Shown here: in pieces, positions 53,576 to 64,000 of the stretch | Numbering within the stretch: the first letter of the stretch is position 1 | Layout: every line of letters starts with the position of its first letter | Source of the DNA: Negaprion brevirostris | Lineage: Eukaryota | Direction of reading: 5' to 3' | DNA length: 64,000 nucleotides | Assembly (NCBI GenBank): GCA_030324005.1 | Contig: JARDVH010000132.1 | Location: forward strand, 17,699,806-17,763,805 | Program-made: the position numbers and the translations under genes | The notes under the pieces: model-generated | Seen by the model: the letters and a program-made list of their open reading frames with translations, nothing else | Databases searched by the model: none | What the model was told of the DNA's origin: nothing

Positions 53576-55370
53576 CCCCGTGCCCCCCCCAACCCCTTCA
53601 AGCTCTACAGTGTTCTCCCCTGTCAATACTGCTAACTGCTTCTCATTTCTTTTGCTTTATTCCGGTTTGTGAACAGCCTCTGTCCAGAATTATGAATACC
53701 CCGTCTTCTCCTTTTGTGAGCCAGGTCTCCAGTATCACCACAACATCATTCCTTCTGACCTTGAACTCTCCATTCTTTGCATCATTCCTCACATTTGCAA
53801 AGATGCACTGTACCCAAACTAAAATTTTATTATTTCAGCTCATATGCTAAATATAGCTAAAACTTTGCTGTTGCCCATTCTAGTGCTATATCTCTCTCTC
53901 TCTCTCTCTCTCTCTCCCTCTCTCTCTCTCAATATTCTGTGCACTTTGGTATTCCCTTTCATAAGGGAAATAGTAAGGTGCAGACTTTGGAATTTAATGT
54001 CATCCAAGTATGATCTCAAGTTGCATGAAATTTGTCATCACTTGCCATATTTGTGAAACAATGGTTCTCTAAACCTAAATGGCAATGATTCACCAAGCTG
54101 TTCAGTTTTTTGGTCTGGATTGAAATTCACCTGGAATTGATCGGACTTTAATATGTTCTCATCACTTAAAACTTGGGAGAAAAATGATTCTCTGAAATGC
54201 TAAATCATTGCTGACCATTTTAGGGATTCTTATTAAATCATCCACTCGTTGCCTTGGCATGCTCCCAGATTACCACATCTTCTGTTAATGGGAGCTCTGC
54301 CCTATTAATTAACATGTAATTTTATTCATTAAAAAATTCTCTGTCAAGTCTTCTGAATTGTATGGCACTGTGCATAAATTTAACTTGTAACCAATTTTTT
54401 TGATTGCTGTACATTTTGCCAAAGTTTGTGTCACCAGCCAGCTCTTTAGCTTTAGCTTTATTTTATTTTGTGCTTTATTTTATCAAGTTTATTTTCAGGG
54501 TAGACACAAATAGGAGGGACTGTTTTCTCCAAGTTTTATAACCAGGTTATTGGCATAATTATTGCTTTCTATTACAGGATATGAGTGGATTTCAATATTT
54601 GTAAAGTACTTAATGGAATTTTTATACTGGGGATGTGCCGGAAGATTGGAAAACGGCTAATGTTACGCCGTTGTTTAAGAAGGGTGGCAGGCAAAAGGCA
54701 GGGAATTATAGNNNNNNNNNNNNNNNNNNNNNNNNNNNNNNNNNNNNNNNNNNNNNNNNNNNNNNNNNNNNNNNNNNNNNNNNNNNNNNNNNNNNNNNNN
54801 NNNNNNNNNNNTCTTATTGAATGGCGGGGCAGGCTCGAAGGGCTACATGGCCTACTCCTGCTCCTATTTCTTATGTTCTTATGAATGTTTGTGTAAATGG
54901 CTGACTTGACTGATTAATTGCCTATTTTGTGGCATTTCTATATTAAAGAATTTGAACAAAAACGTTTGGTCAAAACAACTCAAAGCTGAAGGAACAAATC
55001 TGAGGAGAGGGGTCACATAATACCTTTGTTGTTGGAAGCCACCTTGAAGAGATTGAATCTGTATTGATTCCGCACACAATCTCCCCCACCCCCAAGCCCA
55101 CATTTGCATAACCTTCCATTTTAATGAGCATAAAATTCAGCCATCAGTTTTTGGTAGAAATTCTGAAAACATATTTTCTTGGGCACAGAAGTAGTTTGTG
55201 TGCCTCACTCTGACCTGTTTATATTTGGTCACATTATGGGAGATTTATCGCTGAAGTATCATCCACCATTTATTTTATGCAGGTTTATATTATTTTCATG
55301 TAAAATACTGAAAAGCGTTTGGCTATTTACTGAAATTACACTATTAATGCTATGTTTCTGTGCATCTAAG

Positions 55371-55531
55371 GTCTATGGTGTCACTGCTTCAACTGATATC
55401 ACGAGGATCTCCAATGTCACTTGAGGACTCGCATCGGATCATACCTCTCTTTTACCTCTTCAGTTCCCTCTTCAGCCATTCTCTTATTTCGGTACATGAC
55501 AATGAATTCTTTGGAGAACAGACTCAAGGAG
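55371..55531 (+). CDS. UBE3C: UBE3C exon 12 (SMVSLLQLISRGSPMSLEDSHRIIPLFYLFSSLFSHSLISVHDNEFFGEQTQG)
   Basis: ctaAG acceptor, GTaacc donor, 161 nt, phase 2/1. Confidence 0.96.
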
Positions 55532-55734
55532 GTAACCTCAATAATTGTTGCTTTTTTGTGTTGGATACTCCATGTCTGCTAATTCAGTGCTGAACAGCTA
55601 TACAAAATATTTTCACATGTACATTAATATGAACAGATTTTTTTAGATTAACTTCATAACTACACTGTCTTTCTCATTGTTATTGGTGTCAATATTTGGG
55701 AGACAGTAAAGCCAATGTTACCTTCTTAAAAACT

Positions 55735-56700
55735 TAATTTATGGGATGTGGCATAGTTAGCCAGACCAGCATTTATTGTCCATCCTTAGCTGCCCTTCAG
55801 AAAGTGATGGTGAGCTGCTTTCTTGCACTGCTGCTAGTCTTTAATTAAGATCTTTTTAAGATTAAACTGGGGAGTGAACGTCAAACTATCCCTGGTGGTG
55901 GCTGCTGTCAAATGTGCCTTGGTGAATTGTTGTAATGTATTGCATAGATGCTATGCACACTGCATTGCTGGTTGAGGGAATATATGTTTAAGGAGGTGGA
56001 TGGAGTACTAACCACGTGGGGCTGCTCTGCCCTGGGTGCTATCAAGCTTCTTGTGTTGTTGGAGCTGCACTCATCCAGCCAACTGGGGAGAATATTGTGC
56101 CTTGTAGATGGTGGACAGAGTTTGTAGCATTGAGTAAGTTACTCATTGCAGAATGTCCTGTCTCTGACTTGAGATCCAAGAAACAATATTTTGTGGCTGT
56201 CCCAATTCGGTTTTTAGTCACTGATGGATTTCTGCCACCCTCCCCTCCAGAATCCTGATAGTTGATTCATTGACGGTAATATTTAATGGTGAAGCAATTG
56301 GATGTCAGGTGGAGTGGTTTCTCTTGTTATCTCTTGTTCTCTAGCACATCTTATGTGCTATTTATCAGGCCTAGGCCTTTTGCCTAGGTCTTACTGCATG
56401 AGGGCACAGAGCTATGCTATCTGAGGAGTTGCAAACGGTACTGAAGATTGTGCAGGCGTCAGACTACTCTTGACTTTAGACAACAGCTAAAGACGTTTGG
56501 GTGTAGGTCACTACACCTAAAGCTCCTCAGTTCTGGGGCTGAGATGCTAGACCTTCAACAACTGTAATTATCACCTTTTGTGCTAAATGTGACTCCAATC
56601 TGTTTTCTCCCTAGAGTGTGTTCGGAGAGCTTTCCTCCTGAATCCCAATTACTTCAGTTTATCAGGGCTTCCTGATGCTACACTCTGTCAAATCAGGAAA
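55735..56700 (-). mobile_element. Decayed CR1-clade LINE 3' portion, tail shared with family B SINEs
   Basis: ccagcatttattgtccatccttagctgccctt...ggtgagctgc tail; gttgttggagctgcactcatccag RT-end remnant. Confidence 0.7.
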
Positions 56701-56872
56701 GCAATTTTTCAGGTTATACAAATTGAACTGAATAATTCTGAAAGGAATAAAAAGTGAGAAATGTCTGCAGGCAGTTGTCCTAAAAATGTAATTTGAAGTT
56801 GAAGTAGGTTTGTTTGCTGAAATCAAAAATGTAGGGATGCTTCACTGTAATTTTGCATTTCTATTTTCTTAG

Positions 56873-57105
56873 GTGTGGGTCAGCAACCACCAACAATGAT
56901 GCCATTCACTTTAAGAGAGTTAGTGACGTTATCCCGTTGTCTTCGGGATGCTTGCCTTGGCATAATTCATCTGGCATATCCAGAAACTAAGCCAGAAGTT
57001 CGGGAGGAGTACATGGTAGCGTTTAAGAGTATTGGTGTCCGAACCAATACAGAAATGCAACAACGGATAGAATCTGAAAGAAAAAGATGGATTCAGCTTT
57101 TTAAG
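56873..57105 (+). CDS. UBE3C: UBE3C exon 13 (VGQQPPTMMPFTLRELVTLSRCLRDACLGIIHLAYPETKPEVREEY...RWIQLFK)
   Basis: ttttcttAG acceptor, GTagga donor, 233 nt, phase 1/0. Confidence 0.97.
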
Positions 57106-60100
57106 GTAGGATGTGTTGGGGAATAGAAATTCATAAACCATACTTCCTATCTGTTTAAATTGCAGATTTTAATTTATTCTCAGTTGAATATTAAACCCAA
57201 CAAATAATTTGAAATTAGTGTTAAAGGGTTTTGTTTTTGTCTCCGAATGGACTGATTATGAAATTATTTACTGATGGGACAACTGTTAATATGCAGCACC
57301 ATTGAATGCTGATTCCTTATAGTCTCTAACCTGTTGGCATTGTGTACAAGAGCAAAGTGTCTCTCTTCTGAAAAGAGGGTAAACATAGGAATTGAAAGCA
57401 GGCGTAGGCCATTTGGCCCTTCGACCCTGCTGCGCCATTCATCTTGATCATGGCTGATTGTCGAGTTTAATATTGATGAAACCGAAAGGGTGATCTGACT
57501 TTCATTTCTAATTTGTATCTTGTGCTAACCAATTACAGAGCAAGATTGGCTGAAGGTGGGAAGTCCCTAATTAAGAAATGACATGTTTGTGAGAAATACA
57601 GACTTAAACTTTAGGAACAGGTGTTGTCCACTTGCCTATTATATAATTTGAGTGAATCATGGATACTCTACATCTTAACTCCATTTACTCATCTTTGTTC
57701 CATAAACAGTACTCAAATTTTGAATTGACCCTGCTTCTGAGTGCTATTATTGCATCCATGGTGCATGCATGTTATACTCAGTGGCACTGAATGATTCTAT
57801 TTTATTGCTGCAAAATACAATCTATTGAGATTTTTATGTTCTGATTTGGAGATTAGAACACAGTGGAATATTTTACTATTCATAGTTCGTTTCTCTTCTA
57901 CTCTCTTGGTGCATTCATCAAGTATCATTATGAAATTGCGTATCACATCCAATCTGTTCGAAGATTCTATGCAGTGGTTTATTGACAGTCTGGAGGTAAA
58001 AAGCTGTGGTCGTATTCTAAATTTTAAATTTTTTGCATGTGAAAAGAACATTTCTTTTGTGCAATTAACCTTTGTTGGAATAATCTGTTTTCTGTAATAT
58101 TTGTATGATTTTGTGCACTGTAGGATAAATCTTCATACATAATAAGTGATAAATTTAAGCTTCCTACATTGAAATTAAATGTGCGATACTTTAAAATTGA
58201 AGAACCTATTTTGAGATTAGGCTTTCTAAAATGTGCATCCATTTGGTATAGATGAAATAATAATTTAACATTCAGACCTCTCAAACCACAATGCCTAAAT
58301 AATCAGTTTATGGTAGTAGTTATTAAGATAGGAATGTTGGTTATGATATCCCTGAGTTGCTTTAACTCGTCCCTTGGAATCTTTAATTTCCATCAGAGCA
58401 GTCAACAAATCCTTGGTTTGATATATCATCTGGAGAATGACATCTTTGCCAGTGTATCATTTCCTCTGAAGTACACATGTCAACACAGACTGTATGTTCA
58501 AGTTCTGAAATAATATCTTTTAATCTTTGCTTCCTTTTAGTTACATTAACATATTTTGATTTTGGGATAAAACCACCTATTAAAGCCATACAGCATGGAA
58601 ACAGGCCCTTCAGTCCATGCCATTCATGGTGCCCTCCTAGCTACTCCCAAATGCCCACATTTAGCTCATATCCTCTAATACTTTCCCACCCGTGTACTTA
58701 TCTCAATATTTTTTAAATGTTGCTATCATACCCACCTCAAGCACTTTCTCTGGCAGCTCATTCCATAGGTGCACCACCCTGTTTTTATTCTTGTCATTGT
58801 CATAGTTGTTCATGAATGGCAATTTTTAAATTCTTTTTACTTTAATGTACAAAACACATTTGCAGCAGTATTACATTCCTTGTGATACAAGGAAACATAA
58901 AAGTAGGAAAGAGAGAAAACTACCATCAAAGCAGATGTTGACAGCAACCTGTGGAGGAGGTGTGGAACTGGCCAATACAAAAAGCTGAAGTGAGGAGAGA
59001 GAGTCTGAAATAAAAAACTGAAGCTTGAAGAGAGGGAAAATCTAAAATTGAAATGTTTTTAATATATTATTGGTTTGGCTAACGCTACGCACTAGAGGGC
59101 TAGAAATTTTGCTATCAGTTTCTAGTTACAGGGCATTGAATCAGTCACTGAAGTGAGGTAGCAGAAATACTTTCCTGTAAGAAATTGAGCACACTATGCC
59201 ATTTAGATATATGTTCTATCTACAAAACAGAATATGCATTTTCATAATCTGAGTCCAGCCTACAGAATGTTTCAGTTGGATGAGGATTGTAGGATAATCA
59301 GTAACTTAATTCAGAAATGAGTAGTATATTGTCATAAAAGAAGCAGCTACCTCATTGTTAGATTCTATAATGCTACCTGTAAATGTTACAATAAATGTGT
59401 AACTTTTCATTGGAAAGTAGATCGTAAATGACGTAGAGCAGGAAACAGAAAAGTCATCCAAAGCTGTTGGCTCAAAGTAAGCATAAAGGAAATGCATTTC
59501 CCAAATTGAATATTAGATTTATAGTTTTATTTCCCAGTGACCCATAACACTGTAATGTTCAGTGCGAGTCATCAACTATCCCTCTCTGATTCCTTTATCA
59601 CTTCTTTTGTCGGATCAGAACAAAGCTATCTATTTAATTGAAAGAAGTTAATTGAATGAAAATGATCAACTAAGCTTGTATTAATATTGCTAATGGAAGA
59701 TTCTGCTTGGCCATGTTTGGAAAGAGATGTCACGCTGGAGTTTTGCAGGCACCCATTAATGCCTGCACTTAACCTGATGGGCTAATTAAGGAATGCTTAT
59801 TCATTCTACAAGTCAGGGATAGCTGCTATTCAAACCAATCAGCTTATTCTTTATAATGTATTGCACTTAAAGAAAGCTGTTAGTGCTGGCAGGGATAGTA
59901 ACTGATGATGTTTTGATTGAGATGAATATAGTGTTAATATATTAGTAAATTTAAAATTATAATTGGGAAAGCTGGTGAATCATTGGCAAAATAACTTCTT
60001 GTTTTTCACTAATTTTAGTCAATTTATTTGTAGTAATTAAGTCAGAGTTCAATTTGAATTACAGCTAGTAACCTAATGCTGCTTTTTGCTCGGGAACAGC

Positions 60101-61252
60101 CTGTTCTTTTAAATTTTATAATCAGCTTGGAGACCATTTGGACAGGATCCTGGTAAGCGCTGTAAATGTGGATCGTTCATGTTGTTTTTGCAGAGATGCT
60201 GCAATTCACTTGTTAATTGATGTGGTCAGGGCTTTACAGACAATTTGGGACATTTGTCATTTTAATAAGGTAATATCCAAATTTGAATCAATTAGAGTGT
60301 TAGTGCATTATTATTCGTTCCATCCAGATTGAAGCACATTTTTTTAATATAATTATTCTGACCATAACTAGTCCCTGTTTGGCAAGCTATTTGGGTTACC
60401 TTGAAAGAGTTTTAATGCAGTGGTTTGCTCTTTAAGAAGCGTTCACGATTGAAATCCTATTAATTTGTGACAGTACTTTTCAAATATGTCACAAGTTATC
60501 TTTATGTTGGAAATAGTCAAAACCAACATAGTTTTTGGAAGTTGTAGCCTAGATGCTTTCAAATTTTTGTCATTTTAGGTTGGATTGACCAAAGATCATG
60601 GTGCAGAANNNNNNNNNNAGCATTCTAGTTGTAGTACATGATCATTAATCATGCAAGATGGTCATGAGTACATGATTGGTTCTGTATTTCAATTTCAATG
60701 CGAGACTGTTGACCTTAACTGGAGAAAGAAAACAAGCACCATGTATTTTTAGTTTATTTTGCAGGCCAACTGATGCATGCATTGGCTGATGGGCACCATC
60801 TGAACAACTGGGGTTCATTCAGCATTATGCCAGCAAACTACTCAAGCAAGATGCTGCATGCTTGCTTAACCCAAGGTGGAAGCATATTTTTGATGCATAC
60901 TGTTTTGGGAATGTCGGTGAATATTACGCACAGATATATTTTATCAAAAGTGACTGTATTTCTAAATTAAAAGATTGTGTAATCTTTTAATTGTATCAAG
61001 AAGATTAAAATATTGGTAAACAGCACAATTCTGCAATCTATGCACAGCAGGCACTGCGGAGCAATCATTCCCCAATGACTGTGTGCTACAGCTTTATATA
61101 AAATAAAAGATACTCTAGGAGTGAGTTAGGTTCAGTGTGCAGGTTTGGATGGTTTTTATCAGCACTGCTGTAATGAGTAAAGTAGTAAAATTCTATGTGG
61201 GCTTTTAAAACTCTGTCTGTGCTCACGAATTGCTATCCTCATAGCTTGATTT

Positions 61253-61670
61253 TTTAAATCTATTTGTGGGACATTGGTGTTGCTGGCTGGCCAGTATTTA
61301 TTGCCCATCCCTAGTTGTCCTGGAAAAAGTGGTGGTGAGCTGCTGCCTTGAAACGCTGAGGCTTTGTAGCAAGTGGCTTGCTTGGCCGTTTCAGAGGGCA
61401 GCTGAGATTCAACCACGTTGCTGTGGCTCTGGGGTCACGTAGGCCAGACGAGGTAAGGATGGCAGCTTTCCTTCTCGAAAAACCAGATGGGTTTTTCTGA
61501 CACTTGACAATGGTTTCATGGTCACCAGTAGATTCTTAATTCCAGATAGTTTTAATTGAATTCAGATTCCACCAGCTGCCATGGTGGGATTCAAACTTGG
61601 GTCTCGAGATCATTAACTGAGTTTTCTCGATTAGAAGTCTAGCAATTGTACCACTAGGTCATCGCCTCCC
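61253..61670 (-). mobile_element. Family B tRNA-derived SINE, full length
   Basis: Head ggaggcgatgacctagtggta on the minus strand; homologous to 29302-29685. Confidence 0.82.
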
Positions 61671-63349
61671 TTTTTTGTTTTGCTGCTTTCCCCGACTCTT
61701 GCCCCTGGGGTACAGGTCCATAGAGACCAGGAGGCTTATGGTACTTTGTTAAAGTACCTACTTGTCATTCCTGAGGCTTGTCATCTGGCTGTTTGTTCAC
61801 AAAGTAATGCCAGTGTTCAGTCTTGTCTTGTCCTCATCTGATTCTCCAGCAGGGGTCACTGGATACTAATCAGCAGTGGGAACTTGGGATGTGGATGATG
61901 CTAGCAAGGAAGCATCGATTACCAACAATCTGTTGCCCTGCAAAGGTGATGGGCTGCCTTTAAAGTATTGAAGCCATTCTGCTGCTGACCTTCCCATGAT
62001 GATATCTGGGTTTCGACTATTACTCTGCTTTTTCCCACTTCCCATTACAGTTTCTGCTTCTGTAATGTCAGCCTAAAATAAACTGATGCTGCATAATCTG
62101 TTAATCAAAATAATCAATATGTTCAAACTTAGCTGTGCTCTTCACCAAAATACTTTTGCTTTGTGAGTATGTCATGATCTAACTAATATGCCTTTTCAGC
62201 TGCAGCACCGAAAGGACCTAAAGGCCATGTGGGATACAAACTGATTTCCTATTTTTCCAGTTTAACTGTGATGAAAAGAACAAAAAGTACAGCACAGGGA
62301 CAGATCCTTTGGCCCTCCAAGTCTATGCCAATAATGATTTCCTAAGTAAACCCAAAAAAACCTTCTGCCCTTAATTGTTCTGTATTCCTCTATTCCCTCC
62401 CTATTCATGTGGCCATCCAGAGGCCTCTTAAAACTAATCATGCTGGCGTGTGCTCTAGAATGCCTTGACAAAAATATCAAGAATAGACCTGACCTTGCGA
62501 ACATTTAACTAACCTTTCATTTTCTATAATAATTGACTGACGGATTTATCTTGATTTTTGTGTTAAATACATTTTGGGAATATTACCCAAGTAATATGAG
62601 TGCCATATTGCAATATTTACATTGCAAATCTGCTCATTGAGATGGTGGAGCTTAAAATTGATGTAGGATAGAAACTGCTATGTACAAAAATGATTTTTAA
62701 ATTAATTTTGAATGTTACCTACCTTCATGGGTCCCCGGACACATGGATTGATACTAAACAATGCACACATTTGAAATGCCAAGTTTAGTTTCCAGCCTCT
62801 GTAAAATTAGAGATCTGAGCCATAGCAGGTTCAACAATTAACCTCAATATTACTTAACTGGATATGCAGAAAGTAATTTTTTTTTTGGTTTTTGGAAAGG
62901 ATGAGTTTGAATATTTGATGATTAGGAATTGTCTTTGGTTATGATACTTTGGGCAAGGGGGGAGTGTAAGACATGAACGAAAACCATTTGTGTGAGGTAC
63001 CAGAAGTGGCTGGTGAGTGAATTATTCCTGGCGAGTCATTTGTAACTGTGAGAAAAAGATAATTGATACTGACAAGTTAGCTTGAAGTGATTTTGTGTAC
63101 AACATAATCTTGGACGACATTGTATTCACAGTCAGCCCCCTCAGCGCTCTGGTGTTGTCATGCATTCTTAACGTGATTAAGTTGTTCCTTGTGATCAGAT
63201 TTTACTTTTGTGCACTTCATGATGGAAAACACCAGTCATCTGGAGTAATGAGAATTGTGCAAGTGAAATCAGCGTCAAGTTCCCTGTGCACAAAACACAA
63301 TACTGCATAATGCTATTACTTAAGTCATGTGTTTGTTTATTTCACTTAG

Positions 63350-63454
63350 GTGATTTCCAATTTAGTGAAAATGTTAAAGTCAAGGGACACAAGACGGCAG
63401 TTTTGTCCTCCTGATCACTGGCTTTCTGACCAAGTTAATATCCGAGCAGATAAG
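63350..63454 (+). CDS. UBE3C: UBE3C exon 14 (VISNLVKMLKSRDTRRQFCPPDHWLSDQVNIRADK)
   Basis: ttcacttAG acceptor, GTgcgt donor, 105 nt, phase 0/0. Confidence 0.96.
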
Positions 63455-64000
63455 GTGCGTGTTTTTTCATCTGAATGTACAAGAGGTGAAGGGATTTCCT
63501 AGAATACAATTTGAGATTTCTTGTTAAACAGTTATTATCCATTTTTCAGAGCATAATTAATAATGTTGAAATCACTCGATTATACGTGATCAGCTTGTTG
63601 CTTGAAGATCAAAGTCCAATATCTGAGACTCACTCTTTCTAGTTCTGTAATGGAAACTGTACCCAGTACTGAGGGCTGCAATTTTTCCCACTTGATTCCA
63701 GACAACCTTACAAATGAATGCTTTGAAGGGCAGGCTGATTTTAGCTGCACATTCAATTGTCATTTGCTAAAGAGAATTTCAGACGACTCCCACTAGTGTT
63801 TCTTAATTTCACTCCTGTTAAGTTTGGCTCAATTTTAGACCATGCTCCCAGTTTTGGATTCAGTCAGCTGAAATACTTTCTCTCTCTGGTACCCTATCTA
63901 ATTCTCTTAATATCTTCATCAAATCACTGCTTGAATTGCAGGATGTACAAATTTGGTTTGTGTAATTGCTCATAATTTAACCCACGAAGTCCAGCTATCA

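Noticed and set aside
53370-53635. RE-rich and SL-rich ORFs
   Set aside because: Translation of a CT/GA microsatellite.

Overview
This is eukaryotic, not prokaryotic, DNA: an AT-rich, repeat-dense draft assembly with many N gaps. The repeat content (HE1-type V-SINEs, CR1-type LINEs, Deu-domain SINE fragments) points to a cartilaginous fish, probably a shark. The window lies inside one + strand gene, the HECT E3 ubiquitin ligase UBE3C. Coding exons 2-14 can be read with canonical AG/GT boundaries and consistent phases; exon 1 and the HECT-domain exons are outside the window. Introns hold decayed CR1, L2, RTE and Rex1/Babar-type LINEs, several tRNA-derived SINE families, a full-length fossil Buster-type hAT transposon and hairpin repeats. 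Most of the supplied ORF track is noise, N-gap read-through or TE debris. I found no convincing new multi-gene system. Best leads: (1) exon 4 is present as two incomplete copies around a gap and LINE debris; (2) a ~180-bp inverted templated insertion inside a LINE with a stuttered junction; (3) hairpin repeats carrying a decayed hammerhead-ribozyme-like core; (4) one SINE body with two alternative tails, one sharing a bulged stem-loop with the Rex1/Babar LINE tail; (5) repeat-free candidate enhancers. Repeat boundaries are approximate and family names come from recall, not database searches.
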